A stretch of 64,000 nt of DNA from contig OZ024765.1 in NCBI GenBank assembly GCA_964016885.1, positions 11,408,001 through 11,472,000 of the forward strand, in the 5' to 3' direction. The stretch is from Eledone cirrhosa. Taxonomy: Eukaryota. A program made the translations under genes and the position numbers. Below the pieces are notes generated by a model that was not told the origin of the DNA, searched no databases, and saw nothing but the letters and a program-made list of their open reading frames with translations. Positions 26,589-41,552 of the stretch are shown in pieces (position 1 is the stretch's first letter; each line of letters opens with the position of its first letter).

Positions 26589-27450
26589 CATACATATATA
26601 TATATATACATACATATATATATATATACATATATATACATATATACATATATATATACATACATATATATATATATATATATACACATACATATATACA
26701 TACATATATATATATATACATACATACATATATATATATATATACACAAACATATATATATATACACAAACATATATATATATATACCTACACACATATA
26801 TATATATACATACACATGTCCAAATATATATATACTTGTATACACTCGCACTCATACACATATACACACACATATATATAAGCGGAAGCGTGTGTAAATA
26901 TATATACACACACACAAATTTAAGTACATACACATGCATATACATATACAAGCATAAACACAGATGTGCAACTATATATACACATATGTATATATGTATA
27001 TGTACACACTCAAACGCATACACGCACACATATATATATATATATATAATTGCACATCCATGGTGCAGTAACTGACAGCAGCTGCAAGTGGTGCATTTAA
27101 TGCACATTGGTGATTCATAACTGATGGTTGTAAGGTGTGGTGTAGTGTAGTGTGGTGTAGTGTAGTGTGGTGTGGTGTAGTGTAGTGTGGTGTAGTGTAG
27201 TGTGGTGTGGTGGAGTGTGGTGGAGTGTGTTACATCCGGGTGTCTGTGTGTGTTTATATTTGTTTATTTGTTTATTTACATGTTACTGGTTGGTTGTTTG
27301 TTCTATGCGTGTGTGTATGTGTTTTCATTTTGTCCTTAATTGTAAGTTGTGATGTTGCTGTTCCATTCATGTTTTCTATTTAATTTTGGTTGGAGTTCAT
27401 TTATGTTTATTGCCTCTGTGATTTGTCTAAACATTGCGTCTTTTCAGAAA

Positions 27451-27522
<72 letters not shown>

Positions 27523-27534
27523 ATTTATATATAT

Positions 27535-27860
27535 GCAAAAGTTCTATTTAAAGTTGTTGGGATACAACAAGTAAATATTTTTATAACTGATATAAAGCAC
27601 TCGACAAGTATTTGGAGTAGATATACGATATTAATAAATGGAAACTATATTTATAAAACCATATTTATTTCATTATACATATTTCAGGGATACCAAATTA
27701 AATTATGGTATGCCTTCATCAGACAAAATACAATATATAACTGTTATATATTGTATTTTGTCTGATGAAGGCATACTATAATTTAATTTGGTATCCCTGA
27801 AATATGTATAATGAAATAAATATGGTTTTATAAATATAGTTTCCATTTATTAATATCGTA

Positions 27861-27863
<3 letters not shown>
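27535..27863 (-). mobile_element. Near-perfect 243-bp palindrome with hammerhead motifs on both arms plus tail
   Basis: Arms 27621-27741 / 27743-27863 with a 1-nt loop; CUGAUGA 27762, GAAA 27799-UAUGUA-UA; tail on the minus strand ACTCCAA...GAGTGCTT. Confidence 0.85.
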
Positions 27864-27947
<84 letters not shown>

Positions 27948-28039
27948 AGGTTATATTTAATTTGTTGGAATTCAACAAGCTTAAAAAATTTTTCTCTTTT
28001 TCTTTTTTTCTCTCTCCCTCACATATCATCCTCTTCCAA

Positions 28040-28308
28040 CAGTTTAATTTAAATAAACCGTTATCTTTTCAACTTTTCGGACACTCATTTGCATACTCAC
28101 TCATAACTTTGTATCACCCTCAATAAATATACTATCTCCACTATCCAGGAAGCTCCAACCATTAAGGTTGTCTTTTTTCCGGGTATGTCAATATTTATTT
28201 ATAAAACAAATCTGTATTTTATCTGATGAAAGCGCACCATAATTTGCATTAGTTGCCCTTGAAATATATATAAGAAAATAAATATGGTTTTATAAATATA
28301 GTTTCCAT
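28040..28308 (+). mobile_element. Older PLE 3' end: degenerate coding remnant followed by a hammerhead motif
   Basis: CUGAUGA 28223...GAAA 28261-UAUAUA-UA; downstream sequence matches 27810-27848; upstream LCITLNKYTI loosely resembles the GIY-YIG C-terminal 'LC..EK..I'. Confidence 0.55.
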
Positions 28309-28960
28309 TATATATATATATATATATATTTATATTCAGACACACATGTGTGTGTCAACGTGTGCTTGCGTGCACGTGTACTTGTTTGCATGTGTACTTG
28401 TGTGTGTGCTTGTGTGTGTGTGTGCACGTGTGCTTGTGTGCACGTGTACTTGTTTGCGTGTGTGCTTGTGTGTGTGTGTGCACGTGTGCTTGCGTGCACG
28501 TGTGCTTGTGTGTGTGTGTTCTTGTGTGTGTGTGTGAGTGCTTGTGAGTGCTTGTGTGTGTATGTGTGTGTGCTTGTGTGGGTATGTGTGTGTGCTTGTG
28601 TGTGTATGTGTGTGCTTGTGTGTGTATGTGTGTGCTTGTGTGTGTATGTGTGTGCTTGTGTGTGTATGTGTGTGCTTGTGTGTGTATGTGTGTGCTTGTG
28701 TGTGTATGTGTGTGAGAGATAAACATTGACAGTGATAAATAGTTATAATTGTGTTTGTGTCTGTGTGTGTATGTAGGTGTGTGTGTGTATGTAAATGCGT
28801 GTGTTTGTTTATACGTGTGTCTCCGTGTATATATGTATGTGTATGTGTGATGTGTATGTATGCAAGTGTGCATGTGTGTATATGTGTATGTGTCTGTGTA
28901 TATGCACTTGCATGTGTCTGTATGTGCATGTATGTGTATATGTATGCATGTGTATGCATC

Positions 28961-29003
<43 letters not shown>

Positions 29004-30203
29004 CTGTATGTGTATGTGTCTATATATGCACGTGTGTGTCTGCATGTGTATGCATCTGTGTATATATGTATGGGTCTGTATATATGCATGTGTATGCATC
29101 TGTGTGTGTATGTATGTGTCTGTATATGCATGTGTAAGTGTATATGTATGTGTATATGTGTGTGTATATATATATGTATATGCATTTATATGTGTCTTTG
29201 TATGTATATGTGTATGCATGTGTATGCGTCTGTGTATATATGTATGTGTCTGTATATATGCATGTGTATGCATCTGTGTGTGTATGTATGTGTCTGTATA
29301 TGTATGTGTGTATGTATGTATGTGTATGTGTATATGTGTGTATATATATATGTATATGCATTTATATGTGTCTTTGTATGTATATATGTATGTATATGCA
29401 TATGCATATGCATGTGTATGCGTCTGTGTATATATGTATGTGTCTGTATATATGCATATGTATGCATCTGTGTGTGTATGTATGTGTCTGTATATGCATG
29501 TGTAAGTGTATATGTATGTGTATATGTGTGTATATATATATGTATATGCATTTATATGTCTTTGTATGTATATATGTATGTGTATGCATGTGTATGCGTC
29601 TGTGTATATATGTATGTGTCTGTATATATGCATGTGTATGCATCTATGTGTGTATATGTATGTGTATATGTATGTATGTGTATGTGTATATGTGTGTATA
29701 TATATATGTATATGCATTTATATGTGTCTTTGTATGTATATATGTATGTATATGCATATGCATGTGTATGCGTCTGTGTATATATGTATGTGTCTGTATA
29801 TATGCATGTGTATGCATCTATGTGTGTATATGTATGTATGTGTATGTGTATGTGTATATGTTTGTATATATATATGTATATGCATTTATATGTGTCTTTG
29901 TATGTATATATGTATGTGTATGCATATGCATATGTATGTGTATGCGTCTGTATATATATATATGTGTCTGTATATATGCATGTGTATGCATCTGTGTGTG
30001 TATGTATGTGTCTGTATATGTATGTGTATATGTATGTATGTGTATATGTATGAGCACCTACATTTAACAGCATGTGATTGGACGTAAGCTCTGGACTGTT
30101 GTCTGGGTGATAATATCCTTTACTCAATGAAATACTCCACATTACAAACACATGGAGAAAGGAACAGTACACACACACTAGCGGACATTACATTAAACCT
30201 ATC

Positions 30204-30236
<33 letters not shown>

Positions 30237-30270
30237 CACACACACTAGCGGACATTACATTAAACCTATC

Positions 30271-30301
<31 letters not shown>

Positions 30302-30335
30302 CACACATACTAGTGGACATTACATTAAACCTATC

Positions 30336-30366
<31 letters not shown>

Positions 30367-30400
30367 GACACACACTAGCACACATTACATTAAACCTATC

Positions 30401-30431
<31 letters not shown>

Positions 30432-30585
30432 GACACACACTAGCGGAGATTTCATCAAACCTATCATTATATATAAATATATATATATATATAGATATAT
30501 ATATAACACATATAAAATAAGTATACTTATATATATAAATGCGCACACATATATATATATATATATGTAGATGTGTATGCATATA

Positions 30586-30623
<38 letters not shown>

Positions 30624-31284
30624 GATGTGTATGAATATATATATATATGCATATATATATATGCATATACATATATATATGTATACATATATATATATAT
30701 GCATATATATATAAGCATATATATACATATATATATGCATATATACATATATATATGCATACATATATATATATGCATACATATATATATATATATTTAT
30801 ATATGCATATATATAAACATATATATATGTACATACATAGATATAGACACACATACACACACATATATATATATGTGTGTGTATGTAGCAGACCTACATA
30901 GAAATGGACATGTTTGGCAGAAGGTCTCCTAACTCAGGTGAATGTGAAGCAAACCTACTGCAAATTGCTCAATAAAACTATTTAAAGAGAATTTAAGGGA
31001 TCTTAAAGCTATCCCTGTTGTCTCAGTGAATGAGACAGAAAGGATTTTAAGAATCCTTTTGTATTGCATAGATAAAGATACAATGGTTTCTGCTTTAGGT
31101 ATGAGGCCAACAATTTTGGTGGACGTGAAAGTTGATTAAATCGAACCCCCAGTGTATTACTGGTACTTTATTTTATAGACCCCGTAAAAACGCTTCATTT
31201 CACAATGCTCCTATATACTCAGCTGAAAATGAGTACCGGCAATAGCTGGGGTTTAACCCTGCGATGGAATGGTGTCTTGTCTGA

Positions 31285-32181
31285 TTGTATTACTGGTATT
31301 TTATTTTATGAAGCCCGTTGTATTACTGGTACTTTATTTTATGAAGCCCGTTGTATTACTGGTACTTTATTTTATCAAGCCCGTTGTATTACTGGTACTT
31401 TATTTTATCAAGCCCGTTGTATTACTGGTACTTTATTTTATCAAGCCTGTTGTATTACTGGTACTTTATTTTATCGACCCCGTAAGGATGAAAGGCAAAG
31501 TCAACCTCGGCGGGATTTGAACTCAGTAAAGGGACGTAACTATGCTGGAAAGCATGGCGTCCGACCCTCTACCGATACTGCCAATCCACCACCCTAGCAT
31601 GGCGTCCGACCCTCTACCGATACTGCCAATCCACCACCCTAGCATGGCGTCCGACCCTCTACCGATACTGCCAATCCACCGCCCTAGCATGGTGTCCGAC
31701 CCTCTACCGATACTGCCAATCCACCGCCCTAGCATGGTGTCCGACCCTCTACCGATACTGCCAATCCACCGCCCTAGCATGGCGTCCGACCCTCTACCGA
31801 TACTGCCAATCCATCACCCTAGCATGGCGTCCGACCCTCTACCGATACTGCCAATCCACCACCCTAGCATGGCGTCCGATCTTCTACCGATACTGCCAAT
31901 CCACCGCCCTAGCATGGCGTCCGACCCTCTACCGATACTGCCAATCCACCGCCCTAGCATGGTGTCCGACCCTCTACCGATACTGCCAATCCACCGCCCT
32001 AGCATGGCGTCCGATCCTCTACCGATACTGCCAATCCACCGCCCTAGCATGGCGTCCGACCCTCTACCGATACTGCCAATCCACAGCCCTAGCATGGCGT
32101 CCGACCCTCTACCGATACTGCCAATCCACAGCCCTAGCATGGCGTCCGACCCTCTACCGATACTGCCAATCCACAGCCCTT
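31285..32181 (-). repeat. SINE family A with internal 33-bp x6 and 45-bp x14 tandem amplifications
   Basis: 33-mer TGTATTACTGGTACTTTATTTTATCAAGCCCGT; 45-mer AGCATGGCGTCCGACCCTCTACCGATACTGCCAATCCACCGCCCT is the SINE 5' head. Confidence 0.95.
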
Positions 32182-32920
32182 AATCATAATATAATAAAGG
32201 GAGGAATACGGAGAATGTGTCCTGAATATATTTTTTTTATCCCATTAGTAAAATAAGTTGGATTACTTTGAATAAATAATGAATGAATATTACGACCACC
32301 ACCACCACCACCACCACCACCATGACTAACACCACCACCACCCCCACCACCATGACTACCACTGCCACCTCTAACACCACCACCACCATCACCACCATGA
32401 CTACCACTGCCACCTCTAACACCACCACCATCAACACCAACACCACAACAATCATCCAGGACCACAACCACCACCACCGCCACACCACCACCGCCACCAC
32501 CACCGCCACAACCACCACCACCACAACCACCACCACCACCACCGCCACACCACCACCGCCACCGCCACCACCACATCCAACCGCCACCACCACCACCACA
32601 CCACCACCGCCACATCACCACCACCACCACCACACCACCACCACAACCACCACCACCGCACCGCCACCACCACACCACCACCGCCACACCACCACCACCA
32701 CCACACCACCACCACACCACCACCACCACACCACACCACCACCACCGCCACACCACCACCACCACCACCACCACCGCACCGCCACCACCACACCACCACC
32801 ACCACCACCACGTTGACAATACAATAGTTACAGTTATCATATTTGTACTTTTACCATCCACTTATTGATACTGTTGTGATGGTGTTGTTATTGTCTCTGT
32901 ATATGTCCATCTGTGGTGTG

Positions 32921-32955
<35 letters not shown>

Positions 32956-32966
32956 GCATGTGTATC

Positions 32967-33004
<38 letters not shown>

Positions 33005-33012
33005 TGTATATG

Positions 33013-33066
<54 letters not shown>

Positions 33067-33084
33067 TGTGTATCTATATATATG

Positions 33085-33120
<36 letters not shown>

Positions 33121-33211
33121 TACATATATATAGATACACATGCATATATATATATATATATATATGCATATATATTTATGTGTATATATATATGCATCTG
33201 TATATTTATAC

Positions 33212-33252
<41 letters not shown>

Positions 33253-33302
33253 TATGTATATATTTACATATATATATACATATATACACATAAATACATA
33301 TA

Positions 33303-33336
<34 letters not shown>

Positions 33337-33504
33337 CACATAAATACATATATATGCATATATATATATATATATACACATAAATACATATATATATATA
33401 TACATAAATGCATATACATTTATATATATATATATGTATATATATATATGTATATGTATATATATATAAATATATATATATACACATACATATGTATGCA
33501 TATG

Positions 33505-33570
<66 letters not shown>

Positions 33571-33599
33571 CATACATATATAAATATATATATATATAA

Positions 33600-33865
33600 T
33601 ATTTTCTTCAAAAGGTCAGCCTTCACCATATCACTCCCCAAGTTCCATCGATTGAAGTGGTATGCACTTCTATATGCAGCTGTCATCCTCCATATGCATC
33701 ACATGACAACACCACCATTGCAGTCCCTCTTCTACATGCTGTATCTAATCCCTCTTGTGCACAGCCTTTCTCTCAATTCAAGTTCCTTAATGCTTCATCG
33801 TCCATGAACTCAACACTTTTTTTTCTTATACCAAAAAATCAAACAGAGCATACTCACCTCATTTC
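33600..33865 (-). mobile_element. Degenerate RTE 3' ORF fragment
   Basis: [13 protein letters not shown]...[11 protein letters not shown], homologous to 1205-1440. Confidence 0.75.
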
Positions 33866-33895
33866 AGGCTATTTTTTTTTATTTCGTTGGTGTTT

Positions 33896-35153
33896 TTAAC
33901 CCTTTAGTATTCACATTACTCTATATTTACTATTGTATTTTCATGCTAAAGGCTTTACCTCACATAATACCTCACATAACATTTACATTACACTATATAT
34001 ACTATTGTATTTTCATGCTAAAGCCTTTACCTCACATAATATCTCACATACCATTTACATTACTCTATATTTACTATTGTATTTTCATGCTAAAGCCTTT
34101 ACCTCACATAATATCTCACATAACATTTACATTACTCTATATATACTATTGTATTTTCATGCTAAAGGCTTTACCTCACATAATATCTCACATACCATTT
34201 ACATTACACTATATATACTATTGTATTTTCATGCTAAAGGCTTTACCTCACATAATATCTCACATACCATTTACATTACTCTATATATACTATTGTATTT
34301 TCATGCTAAAGGCTTTACCTCACATAATATCTCACATACCATTTACATTACTCTATATATACTATTGTATTTTCATGCTAAAGGCTTTACCTCACATAAT
34401 ATCTCACATACCATTTACATTACTCTATATATACTATTGTATTTTCATGCTAAAGGCTTTACCTCACATAATATCTCACATACCATTTACATTACTCTAT
34501 ATATACTATTGTATTTTCATGCTAAAGGCTTTACCTCAGATAATATCTCACATACCATTTACATTACTCTATATATACTATTGTATTTTCATGCTAAAGG
34601 CTTTACCTCAGATAATATCTCACATACCATTTACATTACTCTATATATACTATTGTATTTTCATGCTAAAGGCTTTACCTCAGATAATATCTCACATACC
34701 ATTTACATTACTCTATATATACTATTGTATTTTCACAGTAAAGGCTTTACCTCACATAATACCTCACATAACATTTACATTACTCTATATATACTATTGT
34801 ATTTTCATGGTAAAGGCTTTACCTCACATAATACCTCACATAACATTTACATTACTCTATATATACTATTGTATTTTCACAGTAAAGGCTTTACCTCACA
34901 TAACATTTACATTACTCTATATTTACTATTGTATTTTCATGCTAAAGGCTTTACCTCACTCTATATATACTATTGTATTTTCACAGTAAAGGCTTTACCT
35001 CACATAACTATCTCACATAATATCAAATCTATATTTCGGTATTATTTATTTTGAGAACAATTCTTCAACATCAGTATGAGTGGCTGGTTACAGCCGGTTT
35101 GAACAGAAAGAGGTGAAAGAACTCTGGCAGTTTTAAATGCTAAAGAGTTTTAA
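33896..35153. mobile_element. piggyBac-like MITE (TTAA-CCC ends) inflated by a 72-bp x ~15 tandem array
   Basis: Left end TTAACCCTTTAGTATT, right end AATGCTAAAGAGTTTTAA; shorter relative at 61178-61400. Confidence 0.65.
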
Positions 35154-35625
35154 AGTCTTCCACATTTAGTACCGAAGTCTCACTTCCATGAATTGTCATA
35201 CTTATTATTAATACTATCACCACTACCACCACCACCACCATTATCAACACTATCACCATCATCACAACCACCACCTCCACCATTATCAACACTATCACCA
35301 TCATCACAACCACCACCACCACCACCTCCACCATTATCAATACTATCAACAGCTGTTAAAGTGGCAAGAGCTTAGCTGTCAGAGTCCCTAGTCTTTCATA
35401 CATCATCATCCTCACCATTTAACATCTATCTTCTACGCTAGCATGGGTTAGACAGGTTTGTCCCATTAGAGGCAATTTGGGTCATGTAAGAGAGTTTCTG
35501 GCTGGTTTTCTATGGCTGGATGCCCTTCCTAACACCAACCACGTTTACAGTGTGGGCTGGGTGCTTTTTGCAGTGACACCTACACAAACACTTTACAGAG
35601 TGGGCTGGATGTTTTTGTGATACCA

Positions 35626-35711
<86 letters not shown>

Positions 35712-35717
35712 TTTACA

Positions 35718-36045
35718 TCATCATCATTTTACGTCTGCTTTTCCCTGCTTGAAAGGGTGGGACGGGTCTTATTCAGCACAGCACCTCTCCACTTGTCATG
35801 GTCCTTCGTCATCTCCTCCGTGAGCTTTCAGCGATCTGAGGTCAGCTCTCACCACCTCCACCCATGTTTTTCATGGTCTTCCTCTACTGCATTTTCCTTC
35901 TACTGGCATTTCTTGGCACTTCTTTACCCAGCGGTCATTCTCCATGCGCATCACATGTCCATACCATCGCAGTCTCCTCTCCCGTACACTACAACTTATC
36001 CCTCTCTTATACACAGTTTCTCTCTCAACTCATCCATATGTAAAT
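35718..36045 (-). mobile_element. RTE LINE 3' end
   Basis: Close reverse-complement homologue of 1235-1560. Confidence 0.9.
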
Positions 36046-36654
36046 GCGGTTGGCATTAGAAAGGGCATCCAGCTGTAGAAATCTAGCCAGAAAGAGTCCT
36101 ATATGAGCGGTCACCCGAACCAACTTGCCTCAAATAGGACAAACCCGTCAAACCCATGCTAGCGTGGAAGATGGGCGTTAAACAATGATGATGTTGATAT
36201 ATATATATATACACACACATATCTATATATCTATATATATGCGTGAGTGGGTGTATGTGTGTGTATACCTGTATATAAATATATATATATATATCGTGTC
36301 AATATATATGCATGAGTGGAGGGGGGGGGGGGGTAGACAAATTCAGAGTATTAATAAAAGAATACACATATACATACATACATACATACATACACATACA
36401 TACATATACATACATACATATACATACATATATACATACATGCATACATGTACATATTTATATATACATATACATACATACATATACATACATATACATA
36501 CATACATACATGTACATATTTATATATACATATACATACATACATAAATACATACATGCATACATGTACATATTTATATATACATATACATACATACATA
36601 CTTACATACATAAATACATACATATATACTGACATATTTACATACATAAATATA

Positions 36655-37230
36655 TGATGGCTCATTATCGAATATGGCCATTGCACGATAAAAAAAAATA
36701 CAAAAAAAACCCACATATATTAATAATTAACGGTATTGCGATCGAATGTGGTTTTTTTACCCCAGTCAATGATCTAAAATGTCTTGCACAGAGTTGGCAA
36801 CCAAAACATTCACTGGCAGTAGCCGGCTGTGGTTGGATTTCATGTACTTTTGCATGTCATTTGAGCCCTCCTACTGATTTACTCTCTCTTCCCCATGCTT
36901 GACAGGCATGATGAGTAGCATCTCTGACAGCAGCCTGGTAGTCAACCACTGGTCTCTCTTTATGACTGCGAAGATGACTTTCGAGTCCAGCTTTGCTTAG
37001 GCAGAGTCTCGCACAGACGCTGCATATCAGCGCCATAGGAGGACCTCAATGCCTTTCCTCACATCCCTCTTTACTTTCTCGTGTGCGATTCGAGATGCCC
37101 CAAAGACAACTTTCCCCTCATGTACAGGCTTTCTCTATTTATTACGATCAGGAGCTACACTTTCCAATGTATCAGCAGAGATGTTAGCATCTTTCAAAGA
37201 GGCTTTCAACCAATCCTTATACCTCTTTTT
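36655..37230 (-). mobile_element. RTE-clade LINE C-terminus with three degenerate C2H2 zinc fingers and 3' UTR
   Basis: KKRYKDWLKASLK...APDRNK*R; CSVCARLCLSKAGLESHLRSH; CQLCARHFRSLTG; contains stops and frameshifts. Confidence 0.85.
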
Positions 37231-37307
37231 TGCATATCCATATATATATACATTGACACATACATACAAACAAAAAAAAACATACATATATATTTATATT
37301 CATGATG

Positions 37308-37658
37308 GTGGAGGCGCATGGCTTAGTGGTTAGAGCATTGGCCTTGCAATCGAAAGGTTGTGAGTTCAATTCTCAGACTGGGTGATATGTTGTTTCCTTG
37401 AGCAAGACACTTTATTTCATATTGCTCCAGTTTACTCAACTGTAGAAATGAGATGATAGGGACTGGGATCCCTATCATTCCACTGCAAAGTGGTCGTGGA
37501 GGTGCCACGGCAAAAAAGCACCCAGCACTCACTGTAAATGAGGTTGGTGTTAGGAAGGGCATCCAGCTGTAGAAATCAAGCCAGAATCAGTTCCCGTCCC
37601 ACCCTTGCAAGCAGGGAAAAGTGAACGTAAAATGATGATGATGATGATGATGATGATG
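37308..37658 (+). mobile_element. Full-length SINE family C with ~44-bp target-site duplication
   Basis: tRNA-like head and (GAT)n tail; ATACAAACAAAAAAAAACATACATATATATTTATATTCATGATGG at 37264 and 37659. Confidence 0.9.
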
Positions 37659-38015
37659 ATACAAACAAAAAAAAACATACATATATATTTATATTCATGA
37701 TGGCTGCAAATTCTATTAAGAGTATTGCAATTGCTTGTCTGATTACAGAAATGGTGCACCTTTAGCCTACAGCCAGCCACATGAACCTGTAACATATCCC
37801 GAACAAGTAATACCTGTGCTTTGGAGGCTTTTTAAGTGAGGAAAGGTCCTGCACTCGACCAATCCAACTTTCTGAGCATCGAAAAGAAGAACTGGCTACC
37901 AAAGACACAGGATTTTTATTGAGAGTTTCCCCTCTCTTAGGAAGGTGTTGTGACACATACATACATACATGATGACTGTCCCCTCGTTATTGAGTATAGC
38001 CCTTGCACAATGTAA

Positions 38016-38760
38016 CTGTTTCTACATTTGGCACAAGGCCAGCAATTACCCAGTACATGACTGGTACTTTATTTTATCGACCCCGTAAGGATGAAAGGCA
38101 AAGTAAACCTCGGCGGGATTTGAACTCAGAATGGAAAGGGCCGTATATATATATATAATAATTGTTTCTACTTTTGGCACAAGGCCAGCAATTACCCAGT
38201 ACATTACTGGTACTTTATTTTATCGACCCCCGTAAGGATGAAAGGCAAAGTAAACCTCGGCGGGATTTGAACTCAGAATGGCAAGGGCCGTATATATATA
38301 TATAATTGTTTCTACATCTGGCACTAGGCCAGCAATTACCCAGTACATTACTGGTACTTTATTTTATCGACCCCGTAAGGATGAAAGGCAAAGTAAACCT
38401 CGGCGGGATTTGAACTCAGAATGGCAAGGGCCGTATATATATATATATAATTGTTTCTACATCTGGCACTAGGCCAGCAATTACCCAGTACATTACTGGT
38501 ACTTTATTTTATCGACCCCGTAAGGATGAAAGGCAAAGTAAACCTCGGCGGGATTTGAACTCAGAATGGCAAGGGCCGTATATATATATATAATTGTTTC
38601 TACATCTGGCACTAGGCCAGCAATTACCCAGTACATTACTGGTATTTTATTTTATCGACCCCGTAAGGATGAAAGGCAAAGTTAACCTCGGCGGGATTTG
38701 AACTCAGATCGTAAAGGGATGTAACTCTTTGCGTCAAAGCATGGCGTCTGACCCTCTATT
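38016..38760 (-). mobile_element. Five tandem ~145-bp SINE A bodies nested in a bipartite RTE derivative (37970-38912)
   Basis: Repeated TGTTTCTAC...GAACTCAGAATGG units; the flanks rejoin to match 9674-9872. Confidence 0.85.
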
Positions 38761-40849
38761 ATTAATAATTATCAATTAATTCTATCGTACAATGCCTGTG
38801 CGTGAAGATTTTTTTAAAATGGAGGAAAGACTGTGCACTGAGCCAATCCCACTCTCTGAGTGACAGTAGCTATAACCCGAAAAGAAGAAAAGATCAACAT
38901 CATCGGTAACTACATATATACATACACACAGACACACATAGATAGACATATATACATACATACAGACATACATATATACAGACACACACACATAGATAGA
39001 CATATATACATACATACAGACATACATATATACAGACACACAGACACACATAGATAGACATATATACATACATACAGACAGACAGACACACAGACACACA
39101 TAAATAGACATATATACATACATACAGACATACATATATACAGACACACAAACACACATAGATAGACATATATACATACATACAGACAGACAGACACTCT
39201 ACAGTTTAAGTATATCATGTTAGTGGCTTAAATTTAGAACTATTCAAGCTTTAAATTGAATAAAGACTTAATAACTTATCCTTCACCATCACCACCACCA
39301 CCACCACCACCACTATATTACACCACCATCATCATCACAACTACCACCATCGCTATTACCATCACCACCATCATCACAACTACCACCATCGCTATTACCA
39401 TCATCATCATCACAACTACCATCATTGCTACTACCATTATCATCACCAAGACTACCTCCACCGCCACCACCATCACCACCACCACTATATTACACCATCA
39501 TCATCATGACAACTACCACCATTGCTATTACCATCACCACCACCACCATCATCATCACAACTACCATCATTGCTACTACCATTATCACCACCAAGACTAC
39601 CTCCACCGCCACCACCATCACCACCACCATCATCATGACAACTACCACCATCACCATCATCATCATCACAACTACCATCATTGCTACTACCATTATCATC
39701 ACCAAGACTACCTCCACCGCCACCACCACCACCACCACCACTATATTACACCATCATCATCCCCACAACTACCACTACCACCATCACCACAACCATTACC
39801 ATCACTACCACCACCAACCGACATCATCACCAACAGCACCACTACCACCAACCACTAACACCATCACCACCACTACGGACACCACTATTAGTACCATTCA
39901 GCACTGCCACTACCACCACCACCACCACAATCAATCAGCAGCCCCCTCCCCCCCACCCCCAGCATTATCAAGACCACCATCACCATCACCTCTGTCACCA
40001 CCACCTCCACCATCTTCAACTTCACCATAATCAACACCATCGCCACCACCTCCACCACCATCAACTTCACCATCACCTCTGTCACCACCACCTCCACCAC
40101 CAACAACTTCACCATCACCTCTGTCACCACCACCTCCACCACCATCAACTTCACCATCACCACCACCATAATCAACACCATCACCACCATCACCATTACC
40201 TCCACCACCATCACCATAATCAATACCATCACCACCACCTCCACCACCATCACCACCACCATAATCAACACCATCACCACCACCACCACCACCATCACCA
40301 CCACCATAATCAACACCATCACCACCACCTCCACCACCATCACCACCACCATCACCATAATCAACACCATCACCACCACCTCCACCACCATCACCACCAC
40401 CATAATCAACACCATCACCACCACCACCACCACCATCACCACCACCATAATCAACACCATCACCACCACCTCCACCACCATAATCAACACCATCACCACC
40501 ACCACCACCACCATCACCACCACCATAATCAACACCATCACCACCACCTCCACCACCATCACCACCACCATAATCAACACCATCACCACCACCTCCACCT
40601 CCACCACCATCAACTTCACCATCACCACCACCATAATCAACACCATCACCACTACCTCCACCACCATCAACTTCACCATCACCACCACCATAATCAACAC
40701 CATCACCACCACTTCTGTCACCACCACCACCACCACCACCACCACCACCACCATCACCACCACTACCACTACCACCCCCACCACCACAACAAATTTAGTC
40801 TACCTATTAACGATTCCCTGATAGCTGGAGATAGCTATCTCTGACTAAA

Positions 40850-41005
40850 TCACAGAATACCAATTATAATCGGTACTATCGGTTGTTTCTTTAAGTAGAA
40901 CGTGGAGTTGTCATATACTTGATCCTCTCTTTAAAACCGTGATCGACCATTGCATTAAACGCATCTCTCTAATATGCAGTCTCGTTCCATCACGCATTTC
41001 AACTA
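40850..41005 (-). pseudogene. Exon-like island, SEA-domain-like, with an in-frame stop
   Basis: VEMRDGTRLHIREMRLMQWSITVLKRGSSI*QLHVLLKET resembles the SEA 'I..F..GS..V' strand. Confidence 0.3.
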
Positions 41006-41405
41006 AATCTAGTTTCCCCTGATAAATTGGAACCGATTTATCAATTGATTAACCAATGATGTCAATTGATTAACTGTAAAATAAAGTCTGACCTTGTCAA
41101 CCGAAGTCTATTTATTTTTAAATAGTTCTGCCGATGTATATGAGTAACCAGACAGTGTTTAATTGGGACTTTATTAACTCAATTTAATCCATCTTTAATG
41201 ATATATATGTATATCTTCAAGTGATCTGTTATCCATGGCTAGGAAGTATCTAATTGTTTTGATACCAAACGACCTGAAACCACCCTGGATTAATGATATA
41301 AAACTGTTCATTTTAAAATGTTTATTCTTATATTAAAAAAATGTCCATCATAATTTTATTTAGTAATGTTCAAAATATCAACTTCCAAATGACATATATG
41401 TATAT

Positions 41406-41450
<45 letters not shown>

Positions 41451-41489
41451 TTCGTTTCTGAATTTGGCAACATGACCCTCCCAAAGTAT

Positions 41490-41549
<60 letters not shown>

Positions 41550-41552
<3 letters not shown>

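Noticed and set aside
33933-35054. 373-aa and 348-aa repeat ORFs
   Set aside because: By-product of a stop-free 72-bp tandem unit inside a MITE.
37308-37385. tRNA gene
   Set aside because: The tRNA-like head continues into a SINE body with tail and TSD.
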